Of a DNA stretch of 64,000 bases, positions 42,958-51,975 are shown piece by piece; positions within the stretch are counted from its first letter, which is position 1; each line of letters opens with the position of its first letter. A program made the position numbers and the translations under genes. Under the pieces are notes generated by a model that worked only from the letters and a program-made list of their open reading frames with translations, had not been told where the DNA came from and did no database searches. This DNA is from an uncultured Actinomycetes bacterium (lineage in GTDB: Bacteria > Actinomycetota > Thermoleophilia > Gaiellales > JAICJC01): positions 398,551 through 462,550 of the forward strand of contig CAVTSO010000001.1 in NCBI GenBank assembly GCA_963737445.1, read 5' to 3'.

Positions 42958-43797
42958 TTGCTGCAGGAATCGCGATCGGCATGTGTGTCCGGAGCGGGTA
43001 CGGGAATCGGACGAGCGACCGCCCTGCTCCTGGCGGAGCAGGACTACAACGTGGCGCTGGTGGGACGGCGACCCGAGCCGCTGGACCAGGTGAAGGATGA
43101 CATCACCTCCCAGGGCGGCCGTGCCGTCACGATCTCAGCCGACGTCGGCAGCCCGGACGGCGCCGAGAGCGCCGTCGCGGCCACGCTCGACGCCTTCGGC
43201 CGCCTCGATACCCTGATCTGCAACCACGGCGTGGGTGCGAGCGCACCGGTCGGCGACGACACGCCCGAGGGGTGGGACGCGACGCTGCGCATCAACCTCA
43301 CGGGGCCGTTTCTGCTGGCCCGAGCGGCGATCCCGCACCTCATCGCCTCGCGCGGGTCGATCGTGAACGTCAGCTCGACCAACGGCTGCCAGGCCGGGCC
43401 GGGATGGGCGTCGTACGACGTATCGAAGGCGGGCGTGATCATGCTCACCCGCAGCCTGGCGAACGACTACGGCCCGCGGGGTGTGCGGGCGAACTGCGTC
43501 TGCCCGGGTTGGGTGCGCACCCCGATGGGCGACGACGGCATGCAGGAGGTGGTCGAGAAGTGGGGCTGCTCGCTCGAGGATGCCTACTGGCTGTGTGCCC
43601 GGGACACGCCCTTGCGGCGGCCGGGCGAAGCGGCGGAACTTGCAGAGGTGATCGTGTTCCTGGCGGGCCCCAAGGCCAGCTACATGTCGGCCGCCACGGT
43701 GGTGGTCGATGGTGGCGGGATGGCGGTGGACGGCTCCTCGACCGCCTTTCGCGGGCCGCAGCAGCGGCTGCGTGACCTGCTGGCCACGTCGCTCTAA
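42958..43797 (+). CDS. SDR-family oxidoreductase
   Basis: TTG start. VSGAGTGIGRA, NHG and YDVSKAG. Confidence 0.9.
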   Translation: MLQESRSACVSGAGTGIGRATALLLAEQDYNVALVGRRPEPLDQVKDDITSQGGRAVTISADVGSPDGAESAVAATLDAFGRLDTLICNHGVGASAPVGDDTPEGWDATLRINLTGPFLLARAAIPHLIASRGSIVNVSSTNGCQAGPGWASYDVSKAGVIMLTRSLANDYGPRGVRANCVCPGWVRTPMGDDGMQEVVEKWGCSLEDAYWLCARDTPLRRPGEAAELAEVIVFLAGPKASYMSAATVVVDGGGMAVDGSSTAFRGPQQRLRDLLATSL

Positions 43798-44174
43798 CGA
43801 AGAACGCGATCGGAGACGAGCAGATGGCCGGTCGGCGAGATCTCGCTTCGGATCGATTCGAGCTGGATCGACGGCAGGCCGTCGAGCAGTCGGCGTCCGC
43901 GGCCGGCGATCCCTTGGCGCTATCACGAGCCTGAGTTCGTCGACGACGCCGGCGGCGACGAGCAACGCCTGTGCGACCGAGATACTCGCGTGGACGCCGA
44001 TGTCGCCTCCTTGCTGCTGCTTGAGATCCTCAGCGAATTCGACCAGCCCGCCGTCCAGCGCAGTCGCATTGGCCCAATCGCGCTCAAGGGGCGCCGACGT
44101 CGCGACATGCTTCGTGACCCGTTGATGAACGTCGCGAATGGCTGGATCTCGCTGCTGGGCCAGAAACTGCGCAC
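43794..44174 (-). pseudogene. RibD-C-terminal/dihydrofolate-reductase-like protein, 5'-truncated and frameshifted remnant
   Basis: FWPSSEIQPFATFIN / RVTKHVATSAPLERDWANATALDGGLVEFAEDLKQQQGGDIGVHASISVAQALLVAAGVVDELRLVIAP / IAGRGRRLLDGLPSIQLESIRSEISPTGHLLVSDRVLR*. The roughly 60 N-terminal residues typical of this family are missing, because the ABC permease gene ends at 44219. Confidence 0.55.
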
Positions 44175-44218
44175 TCTCTGGTCTCGATGCTACTGGCTGG
44201 CCGATGAGCGGGACTCCA

Positions 44219-45154
44219 TTACTCGGCGCGGCGGTGCGTCCACCAGGCGCCGAACGCCATCATGAGCAGCCCGATCGCAGCAAAGAGCAGGGTCTCTCTG
44301 ATCTGCAGCGTCCAGAACGCGCTCGCCGGCTGGTACACGACATGGGAGATCGCGTTGGCACCGTTGCCGGGTACACCCAGCTGGGTGCTCGTGCCAAGCA
44401 CGCTGCCGCCACCGCTGCTGCTCTCCAACACCCGGCCGTCGACCGTCACGTTCTGGCTGATGATGCTCGCGTGCACGAGGTAGGCGGGAAGGTTCACACC
44501 GTGCCACGTCGCCTTGAGCGGGCTGAGCAGATGGTTTCGCAGCCAGAGATCATCGACCGCGCGCATCACGAAGTAGCCCACAAATGCGACCGTCAACGCG
44601 GCGGCCGGGCGCCGCCATAACGCTCCGACCGCGACCGCGAGTCCGAGCGCGAACAGCGCGTAGCCGATCGCAACCGTCCCCGTGGTGTCGAACGTGCCGG
44701 TGTCGAGGCCCCCGTTGAGGTTGGTCAGCGGGCCGCGCCACCATGTGACCAGCGCGATCAGAACGGCGGTCGCGACCACCGCGGACACGACCGGGAGCGC
44801 CAGCTTGACCGCGAGCCAGCGGCGGCGGGTGATGCTCTGCGTCCAGACCAGCCGATAGGTGCCCTGCTCGAGCTCGAGGATGAACGGCGCGGCGAGCAGC
44901 ACGCCGATCAGACCTGGGACGAGCGTGAACCAGTTGGCGATGAAGTTGAGTGACTGGAACCGGGCCTGGAAGTCGTTGATCCGCTGCATGCAGGACTGCC
45001 CGTCGCTGTGCCCGAGGCACGAGCCGAGGTCGTTGGCGTGATACGAGTTGGCCATCGAGATCCCGGTCGGGATCAGGAGCACCGCGATCAGCGCGAGGAT
45101 GCCGACCGCGACAAGCATCTCGGTGCGCTGCAGACGCCACGCAAGCCAGGTCAT
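44219..45154 (-). CDS. ABC-2-type transporter permease
   Basis: 311 aa with 6 TM helices, overlapping the upstream ATPase gene by 4 nt. Confidence 0.7.
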   Translation of the reverse strand: MTWLAWRLQRTEMLVAVGILALIAVLLIPTGISMANSYHANDLGSCLGHSDGQSCMQRINDFQARFQSLNFIANWFTLVPGLIGVLLAAPFILELEQGTYRLVWTQSITRRRWLAVKLALPVVSAVVATAVLIALVTWWRGPLTNLNGGLDTGTFDTTGTVAIGYALFALGLAVAVGALWRRPAAALTVAFVGYFVMRAVDDLWLRNHLLSPLKATWHGVNLPAYLVHASIISQNVTVDGRVLESSSGGGSVLGTSTQLGVPGNGANAISHVVYQPASAFWTLQIRETLLFAAIGLLMMAFGAWWTHRRAE

Positions 45155-46059
45155 CGGACGACCACCTCTGGTGCCGGCGTCGGCGCTGGGGAAGTACCGG
45201 GCGCATAGCCCATGTAGGCGAGCACCACCTCTTCGAGATCCACCTCGTACTGCTGCCAGCAGGTGTCGTAGACATGACCGTTGGCACGGACGAGTAGCGT
45301 CGTCTGGCGCTCGGTGTGGCTCTCGCGGATCACGTCGTGGACGCGCGCCACGTTGGCGGCGTCGGTCCGCGGACCGATCAAGAGACGATGGCTCTCGACG
45401 ATCCCCGCTATGTAGCCGACCAACTGCGTGGAGCCGGCCGCGAGCGTCACGAGATAGTCACAGACCCGCTCCAGCTCGGACACGATGTGCGACGAGAGAA
45501 CGACCGTGAGCCCGTCCTCTGCGACCGCCTCGAGCACGCCGCTCAGAAACTCGCGGCGAGCGAGCGGATCGAGCGAGGCGACCGGTTCGTCGAGGACGAG
45601 CAGCCGCGGCCGCTTGGCGAGCGCGAGGGTGAGGGCGACCTGCGCCTGCTGGCCGCCCGAGAGCTTACCCACCTTGTAGCCGGGATCCAGGCCGAGCCGC
45701 TCGATGCGCGCGCGGGCGTAGACCTCATCCCAGGTCGGATTGAGCCTGCGCCCGAGCGTCAGCGTCTCGGCAACGGTCAGGTTGCGGTAGAGCGGGTGAT
45801 CTTGCGCGACAAACCCGAGCCGCTGCAGAGCTTCGGCGCCATCGTCCCGCGGCGCGCGGCCGAGCACCTCCACCGTGCCCTTGGTCTCGGTCGCCAGGCC
45901 GGATATCAGGTGCAGGAACGTCGTCTTGCCGGCGCCGTTGGGTCCGACCAACGCGGTCACCGCGCCCTCCGGGATCTCGAGCGTGCAGTCGTGCAGCGCC
46001 CACTTCTGGCCAAATCGCTTGCCCAGCCCGTCCGCGTGAATCGCAGCCGTCGTGCTCAC
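45151..46059 (-). CDS. ABC transporter ATP-binding protein
   Basis: GTG 46059. Walker A GPNGAGKTT, signature LSGGQQ and Walker B LLVLDEP. Confidence 0.9.
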   Translation of the reverse strand: MSTTAAIHADGLGKRFGQKWALHDCTLEIPEGAVTALVGPNGAGKTTFLHLISGLATETKGTVEVLGRAPRDDGAEALQRLGFVAQDHPLYRNLTVAETLTLGRRLNPTWDEVYARARIERLGLDPGYKVGKLSGGQQAQVALTLALAKRPRLLVLDEPVASLDPLARREFLSGVLEAVAEDGLTVVLSSHIVSELERVCDYLVTLAAGSTQLVGYIAGIVESHRLLIGPRTDAANVARVHDVIRESHTERQTTLLVRANGHVYDTCWQQYEVDLEEVVLAYMGYAPGTSPAPTPAPEVVVR

Positions 46060-46060
46060 G

Positions 46061-46459
46061 TCATGCCACCACCCTCGATCGCACAGGCGGCCGCACCGCC
46101 TCGGCGAAGAGCGCCGCCATCGCTTCGTCATCGAGCCCTACCCCACGGGCCGACGTCACCCAGCGCTCAAGCGACGCACGCAGGTTCTTCAGCCCATCCG
46201 ACGGTGGAAGCTCCGGATTCGCAGCCACAAACGTCCCCACTCCACGCTTGCCCTCGACCAGCCCCTCCATGTCGAGCTGGCGGTAGGCGTGCAGCACCGT
46301 GTTGGGGTTGATCGTGAGGCTCGCAACCACTTCCTTCACGGTCGGCAACTGATCGCCGGGGCGCAGCATGCCGAGCCGGATCGCATGGCGCACCTGCTGC
46401 ACCAGCTGCAGGTATGCGGGCACTCCCGAGCGGCTATCCAGGTGGAATTCGATCACCAA
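46061..46459 (-). CDS. GntR-family (YtrA-like) transcriptional regulator
   Basis: 132 aa. LRPGDQLPTVKEVVASLTINPNTVLHAYRQLDMEGLV. First gene of the GntR-ABC operon. Confidence 0.85.
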   Translation of the reverse strand: MVIEFHLDSRSGVPAYLQLVQQVRHAIRLGMLRPGDQLPTVKEVVASLTINPNTVLHAYRQLDMEGLVEGKRGVGTFVAANPELPPSDGLKNLRASLERWVTSARGVGLDDEAMAALFAEAVRPPVRSRVVA

Positions 46460-46470
46460 GACTCCAAATC

Positions 46471-46491
46471 ACTAGTCATCTAGATAACTAG
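46471..46491. promoter_or_regulatory. CTAG-rich palindromic cluster upstream of the GntR gene (candidate operator)
   Basis: ACTAGTCATCTAGATAACTAG contains the palindromes ACTAGT and ATCTAGAT. It is the only AT-rich element in the 5' region of the operon. Confidence 0.3.
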
Positions 46492-46640
46492 CGTACAAGG
46501 TGTGAGGGTCGGCGTCAAGGAACTCGGGGCGGGTCCGGGAAGAGCGGGTCTTCAAAATCGTCAAGCCGAAGCCGTGCTCGTGTGCTGAGCGCGCGGGGCG
46601 ATAGCCGCGGCGCCGACGCGTCAGACCGGCGCGATCACCT

Positions 46641-47042
46641 TCAGGTCCAACCCGGGGTGCGGCTCGCCTCGTCTATCCACTTGTGCAGCTCTGGTCGTTG
46701 TACCTGCTCCAGAGTGGTCACCTTGATGTACCGAGTCCGATCGGTGGTTCCAAGTGGTGGTGGGGAGTCGAAGTCTGCACCGCCGAGGAAGACGACATTC
46801 ACCGAAACGTCGTAGGCGGCCAGCTCTATGATCCAGCCAAGTTCTGGTAGCCCGTAGTACGGCCTCTTCCACTTGACGGCGTGGTGAAGGCGCGGGATCG
46901 TCGCTCGGATCGACTCATCCAACCGCTGGACAATGGGCTGCAGATGCGGCATCTGGCGCCGGAACCAATCGTCGATGTCGGAGTGGTTCGCCGATGGCTC
47001 TGGCGGCTTTCGCCCTGCATTTCCCTTGATGTCTTTCGGCAT
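46641..47042 (-). CDS. DUF1801-domain protein
   Basis: ATG 47042 follows GGAGGAGG. DDWFRRQMPHLQPIVQRLDESIRATIPRLHHAVKWKRPYYG. Confidence 0.7.
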   Translation of the reverse strand: MPKDIKGNAGRKPPEPSANHSDIDDWFRRQMPHLQPIVQRLDESIRATIPRLHHAVKWKRPYYGLPELGWIIELAAYDVSVNVVFLGGADFDSPPPLGTTDRTRYIKVTTLEQVQRPELHKWIDEASRTPGWT

Positions 47043-47762
47043 CGCGTGTCCTCCTCCGACGAGCCGCGCCGCCTGTGGACACAGGGCGTCCAACCCGACC
47101 ACCATGGTCTCTGGGGGGCCCTGCTCAGAATGATAGAACGCTCGCCGGAAAGGCTGGCATTTCATGGGAAAGCCTCGCATTTGCAGGGCTTTCCGTTAGC
47201 CGATCTCCAAGCGGGATTCTTGGGACGGGCGAGGCGAACCCAGGCGGGTTTTCGCATGGCTATGCTAAAATGGCGACCCCGACGCGGTCGCCGAAGGCCG
47301 CCAACCGGTGTGCTCGTGATGCCTCGGTGTGCCTCGCCGAGGCCGGTCGACTTTCCAGCCCCGATGCCGCCCGAACCCCTGACGGATAGACCGGCGGACA
47401 ATCTTCGGGATGACCACAGTAACCCCCCACCCAGACCCGTTGCCGGTGAGCGGTGCCCGCCGTGAGCAACCCGTGATCGAGAGCTCGATTAGCTTTGGGG
47501 AGTTCTGATCTCGACCTACGGCGCCCGAAGCTCGTTCGCAGCACGCTCCCGTTCTGGGTCGTGAACGCATTTCGTGATGGGTGGCCGCCACTTGTCTTGC
47601 TGCAACAGAGGATCTACATCGGCGTGGGTGCCACGAAGAATGACGTTTGTGCACGGTCGACGACCTACACGCCACGCTCGCGCGAGCCAGGAGAGATCTA
47701 CCGCCGCTCGGGCAGACCGATTGGTCTTCAGCTCTGCAAGCGCATGAACCCATGCGTTGGTA

Positions 47763-47786
47763 GGTTCGAACCCCGGCGCCGCTCCA
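47763..47786 (+). other. tRNA 3'-end-like fragment (T-loop, 3' T-stem, 3' acceptor strand, CCA)
   Basis: GGTTCGAA-CCCCG-GCGCCGC-T-CCA. The upstream sequence cannot complete a T-arm or an acceptor stem, so this is not a whole tRNA. It resembles an integrase att-site remnant. Confidence 0.35.
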
Positions 47787-47850
47787 CTTAGAAGCCCTGC
47801 AAACCGGTCAGGATGGTAGGAGAGTTCGGGCACGGAAAACGCCAGCGGCT

Positions 47851-48474
47851 CTAAGCGGTGTAGGCGAGCGCGGCGCGGCCCTCGCTGACCCCGTAGTAGA
47901 CAATCACGAACCCCGCGAGTGGGTCGGCCCACCACCAGCCCAGTGTCGCGTTCAACACCAGGCCGAGCAACACGGCACTGGCGAGGTAGCCGTCGATCAT
48001 CGTCACGCGCGCCTCGGTCGTAAGTACCGGGTTGCCGAGTGCTCGCCCGGTGCGGGCCTTGCCGGCCGCCAGCGCGAACATCGCGACGACGGTGAACGTC
48101 AGCCACGTGATCCCCACGCGCGAGGGATTCGGGTGGGAGGCGGTTGCCACCACGTAGCCGGATTGGATGGTGATGTAGACGGCGAGCGCAATGAAAGCGA
48201 CGCCGATGATCCGCATCGCCTGTCGCTCGCGCCCCTCGTCGACTCCTCGAAGCTGCCAGATCACGACCGCTGATGCCAAGATCTCGATCACTGAGTCCAA
48301 GCCGAACCCGGCCAATGCGACAGATCGCGCAGCCACCGCGGCCGCCAACACGACCACGCTGCCCACCACGTTCCAGCCAAGCGTCGTGTACTCCAGATGC
48401 AGACCGCGGCGAAGCAGCTTCGAATACGCGCTGCGTGATGGCGTCATCTCCAGCCAGTCGGAGGGTCGGAGCAC
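47851..48474 (-). CDS. cation-efflux (CDF-like) membrane-domain protein
   Basis: LEYTTLGWNVVGSVVVL...FGLDSVIEILASAVVIWQL. Six TM helices and no cytoplasmic CDF domain. The start may be ATG 48447. Confidence 0.6.
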   Translation of the reverse strand: MLRPSDWLEMTPSRSAYSKLLRRGLHLEYTTLGWNVVGSVVVLAAAVAARSVALAGFGLDSVIEILASAVVIWQLRGVDEGRERQAMRIIGVAFIALAVYITIQSGYVVATASHPNPSRVGITWLTFTVVAMFALAAGKARTGRALGNPVLTTEARVTMIDGYLASAVLLGLVLNATLGWWWADPLAGFVIVYYGVSEGRAALAYTA

Positions 48475-48728
48475 CGCTCATGCTGGCTGCTTGGCAGCCG
48501 CCGTCGTCGTGCACCTCGCCGCGCCACGCCGCGAGGCCCTCGCGCCGCCGCCCGTGCACCGAGCGTCGAGGTCAGAAGGTTCGGCAAGAGCGCCGTCGGT
48601 ACCTCGTCCCCCATGTCAGATAACAAGCTCGCCAGGCCAATCCCCGCCACTCCGCGGGTCATCCACCCGCGCTTCGGCTGGTCGTGCTCCTGTTCGCGAA
48701 TCTCCGCCATCGATGATTCTTCCATCAT
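48444..48728 (-). pseudogene. MFS transporter, N-terminal fragment only
   Basis: The ATG overlaps the stop of the upstream MutS-like gene (ATGA at 48725-48728). GVAGIGLASLLSDMGDEVPTALLPNLLTSTLGA is a typical first-TM region of an actinobacterial MFS. The frame decays after about 60 aa and the CDF-like gene begins. Confidence 0.4.
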
Positions 48729-50311
48729 GCGCCCCCTGACCCGCGGCCGATGGGCGGCAGCTGGGTCACTGTGTGTTCCGGGGCGGCGGGCTGCTTGCGG
48801 GGTGGCTCCGTGGAGCTGGTCGCGGCCGCCGCGAAGATGCGGCGGTAGGAGTCTTGGCCGTGGCTGGTAGGGAGTGGCGGGCCGGGCGTCACCCGGAAGG
48901 TTCGGGTGCCGTCGGACAGCCGTTCGGCGCGCAGGAACCGTGCGCTCTCGATCTTCTGGCGGTAGAGGCTGTCTGCGAGGTCGTAGAGGTGGGTGACGAC
49001 GTAGACCTTCACGCCGACGTCGAGCATCGCGTGGATCACCTGCCGCGCGATCTCGGAGCCTTCACGCTCGTTTGTGGCGGCGAACGACTCGTTGCACAGC
49101 AGCAGGCATGCGGGCGTGATCTGGTCGGCGATATCGCTCATCCGGTGCAGCTCTTCATCGAGCTTGCCCTGCGTCATGGTTGGATCCTCTTCCCGCTTGA
49201 AGTGAGTGAAGACCGCGTTCACAACGCTCGCTTGGTAGGTCTCGGCGGTGACGTACATTCCTGCCTGCATCATCAGCTGGGCCAATCCGAGGCTGCGCAG
49301 GAACGTCGACTTTCCGCCCTGGTTGGCGCCGGTGATGAGCATCAGCCGGGTGCCGTCGGCGTCAATGTCGTTGCCCACGATCGATGCGCTGAGGTGGAAG
49401 GCGAGCGCGGCATCGTAGAGCGAGCGCGCAGACGTATGCTGGGATGAGGTTGGTTCGGGCGTCGGGAAGCAGGTGGGGAGCTGTTTCGCGGTGAGTTGCT
49501 CGTGCAAGTTCAGGCAGCCGACGTAGAAGGCGAGTTCGGCTCGCAGCGTTTTGCAGAAGCTGAGCACGTGATCGGTCGCTTGGGCGAGCGCGTTGGCGAC
49601 GTGGTTGACGCCTCGGCCGCGCAGTTCGGCGAGCGCCTGCATTCCGTACTCGTCTCGGTCTGCGATCGTGAAGCTGTAGCCTGCTCGCCCCGGCGCGGTG
49701 ATGCGCTCGATAAGGCGGCGCGGTTGCGGCTTTCGCAGGACGAAGTTCGTGCCACGGTTGGCTCTGCCCAGCGTCGCGCTGATAAGCGTACCGTCGCGGA
49801 AACGCATCTGCTTGAGCTGGTGATCGATGGTCTGCAGGTAGGCGTCGTCAAGGTCGCGCTGGAGGGTCGCGAAGAGTTCGGTGAACGCTTGTGAGCAGAA
49901 CGCGGAGCTGTGGTCGTCGGCGATTCGCCGAAGCTCTCGCAGGACGTCGGTGAGCATCTGCAGCATGCCGACGGACTTCTGCAAAACCGAGTCGGGAGAG
50001 TCGCGAAACCAGAAGAACCTGGCGTCGCGCTTGGTATCGACGCCTTTGACCGCCAGGGCGTAGAGCTGACGAATGACCGTGGGATGCTCGAGACAGTCGG
50101 CCAGAGCCCGTTGGCGGTAGCGGATCGCGTCGGGGTCGGTCAGCCCGAGCAGCAGGCCGCTCCGCGCGACGCTGCGCAGGTAGTCGTCGCCGCGGGCCAT
50201 CGCATCGTAGAGCGTGGGGAGTTCGAGATCCCGCTCCAGCGCATCGGCGTTTGCGGGAAGCTGCGCCTCGAGGTCAAAGTCACGATCGGGGTGCATCAGG
50301 TATGCCTTCAT
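48725..50311 (-). CDS. MutS-family ATPase (domain V only), paralog B
   Basis: 528 aa. Walker A ITGANQGGKSTFLRSLG, Walker B LLLCNESFAATN, MutS-type TQGKLDEELHRM and VVTHLYDL. No mismatch-binding or nuclease domain is recognisable. Confidence 0.8.
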   Translation of the reverse strand: MKAYLMHPDRDFDLEAQLPANADALERDLELPTLYDAMARGDDYLRSVARSGLLLGLTDPDAIRYRQRALADCLEHPTVIRQLYALAVKGVDTKRDARFFWFRDSPDSVLQKSVGMLQMLTDVLRELRRIADDHSSAFCSQAFTELFATLQRDLDDAYLQTIDHQLKQMRFRDGTLISATLGRANRGTNFVLRKPQPRRLIERITAPGRAGYSFTIADRDEYGMQALAELRGRGVNHVANALAQATDHVLSFCKTLRAELAFYVGCLNLHEQLTAKQLPTCFPTPEPTSSQHTSARSLYDAALAFHLSASIVGNDIDADGTRLMLITGANQGGKSTFLRSLGLAQLMMQAGMYVTAETYQASVVNAVFTHFKREEDPTMTQGKLDEELHRMSDIADQITPACLLLCNESFAATNEREGSEIARQVIHAMLDVGVKVYVVTHLYDLADSLYRQKIESARFLRAERLSDGTRTFRVTPGPPLPTSHGQDSYRRIFAAAATSSTEPPRKQPAAPEHTVTQLPPIGRGSGGA

Positions 50312-51903
50312 CGGCCGATGCGGCTCCTCAGCCGCTCAGAGGAGAGCCCGTACTTGTCGGCCAGGGCGGCCGCATAGGCGCGGCCGTCGGCCGGCCGGCG
50401 GACGATCTTGAATGTGCGCCGCGTCGGATCGTCGGAAGCGACGGTCGCTACCAGACTCACCGTCTCCTCCCCCAGCCGCGACAGCTCATCGATAAAGGTG
50501 ACCCAAACGGTCGCACAGCCCACATCGACGATACGCCGCAGGACCTCGCTCCCCAAGTAGACGGCGTCGGCCAGGGTTGTCGACGCAAATACCTCGTTGA
50601 GCACCAGGATGCTGCGATCGGTCGCGTGCTCGAGGATTTCGCGCAGCCGCACGAGCTCGTTGTCCAGCCGGCCGCGCAATGTCGAGATGTCCTCCTCCTC
50701 CTCAAACAGCGTGAAAATGTGATCAGCGAGCACGAGCTGCGCTCGGCGTGCCGGAACAGGCACGCCGAGGCTGGCCAGATAGTGGAGTTGGCCGAACGAC
50801 CGCGCGAACGTGGTCTTGCCGCCCTGGTTTGGGCCGGTGACGACGAGGATCCGCTCGGCGCCGCGAAGCATGAAGTCGTTGGTGACGAGTGTCGAGCCGC
50901 CGCCGGCGAGCTTGGTCGCGAGGGCGATGTCGAAAGCGCCTTCGGCCGTAACGTCTCGCAGCTGGGTGGAGACGCTGGGATAACTAAAAGCAAGGTCCGG
51001 CGTCTGGAGCGTGTCCATGTACTCCAGGTATGCGAGGTAGAACTGCAGTTCACGGTCGAACCGGGTGATGCGCGGATCGGGGAATCCGGCCTGGCGGGTG
51101 CAGAACTCCCCGAGCGCGGCGAACTCAGTCGGAAAGAGGCGGCTGACGAGTTGCACGATCCGCGCTTCGACGTGGTCCATCGAACCGGAGTCGGGAACCC
51201 TCACCAGGTGATCCTCGGCGTCTCCCTGGCGGAACCGGGCAAACGTCTGTGCCACCTCGACGGTGTAGTCGGCCTCGCCGTCGTAGGCGCGAACGGTGAC
51301 ACGTCCACCCTTGATCCTCGTCGTGTACCTCACCCGTGCCAGGCCGTCGAGCACGTCGCGAACCTCGTGGACGAGGACCCCGAAACGATCGGATGAGCGG
51401 TATCCGGCGAGGTAGTCGCGCAGTGCGCAGAATCCCTGCGAGGTGAGGTCAACCACGGCCAGCCCGTCGGTCAGCCGGCTGACCGCGTCGCAGTAGATCG
51501 ATGCGGCATCAAGGAACCAGCGCTGCTTCTCCTGTGGGTATCGCTGCTTCTCGGCGAGGGCGAGGTACTGCCGCATGGTTCGCATGCTCTGGGCGAACCC
51601 GCTCACCGCGGCTCGGAGGGCATCCTGTTCGAGATCGCGGAACACGTCGTGTCGGGCGTAGACCGCTTGTGGGTCGTCGAGCGGCGTGTGGAAGAAGCGT
51701 TCGAGCGCGTACTCGTCCCGCCCGGCGACGATCCGGCGGACGACCTGATCCAGGTTCAGATCGGCGAAGCAGGCGGGCTCGAGCGGTTCGGCGTTACCCG
51801 ACTCGGAACTGCTGAAGAGGATGCTGTCGAACTCGGCGACGGGCGTCCCATCGGGGGGGACGGGCGGCTGCGAAGGGGTATCGAGGCGATCAGAACGCGT
51901 CAC
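50308..51903 (-). CDS. MutS-family ATPase (domain V only), paralog A
   Basis: 531 aa with a GTG start at 51903. Walker A VTGPNQGGKTTFARSFG, Walker B ILVLNEVFASTT, STLRGRLDNELVRL and WVTFIDEL. Its stop overlaps the paralog B start (ATGA). Confidence 0.8.
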   Translation of the reverse strand: MTRSDRLDTPSQPPVPPDGTPVAEFDSILFSSSESGNAEPLEPACFADLNLDQVVRRIVAGRDEYALERFFHTPLDDPQAVYARHDVFRDLEQDALRAAVSGFAQSMRTMRQYLALAEKQRYPQEKQRWFLDAASIYCDAVSRLTDGLAVVDLTSQGFCALRDYLAGYRSSDRFGVLVHEVRDVLDGLARVRYTTRIKGGRVTVRAYDGEADYTVEVAQTFARFRQGDAEDHLVRVPDSGSMDHVEARIVQLVSRLFPTEFAALGEFCTRQAGFPDPRITRFDRELQFYLAYLEYMDTLQTPDLAFSYPSVSTQLRDVTAEGAFDIALATKLAGGGSTLVTNDFMLRGAERILVVTGPNQGGKTTFARSFGQLHYLASLGVPVPARRAQLVLADHIFTLFEEEEDISTLRGRLDNELVRLREILEHATDRSILVLNEVFASTTLADAVYLGSEVLRRIVDVGCATVWVTFIDELSRLGEETVSLVATVASDDPTRRTFKIVRRPADGRAYAAALADKYGLSSERLRSRIGR

Positions 51904-51924
51904 TGGCTTCCACCGTTGGGGTCG

Positions 51925-51975
51925 CGGTAGAAGCCATCAGCCCTCTCGGGCGGTTTCAGGCGGGCCTCATCGCCT
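51925..51975 (-). promoter_or_regulatory. fluoride riboswitch (crcB motif) aptamer
   Basis: The minus strand reads AGGCGAUGAGGCCCGCCUGAAACCGCCCGAGAGGGCUGAUGGCUUCUACCG. Block for block this matches the well-studied Thermotoga fluoride aptamer GGGCGAUGAGGCCCGCCCAAACUGCCCUGAAAAGGGCUGAUGGCCUCUACUG (recalled from memory). A TACATT -10-like hexamer (51987-51982) lies 6 nt upstream, and the GTG of the MutS-like gene lies 21 nt downstream. Confidence 0.85.

Noticed and set aside
47711-47786. Possible complete tRNA gene ending in ...GCGCCGCTCCA.
   Set aside because: The sequence 5' of the T-loop (GGTAG) cannot pair with CCCCG. No GCGGCGC acceptor 5' strand is present at the required distance. Only the 3' roughly 24 nt are tRNA-like.
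47495-47791. 98-aa plus-strand ORF, and the C-terminal part of minus-strand ORF 47516..48559, in the lower-GC region. The minus ORF shows a weak resemblance to DUF559-type endonuclease tails (VILRGTHADV).
   Set aside because: The similarity is too weak and patchy to call, there is no start or SD context, and the two ORFs overlap each other. They are treated as non-coding or decayed sequence.
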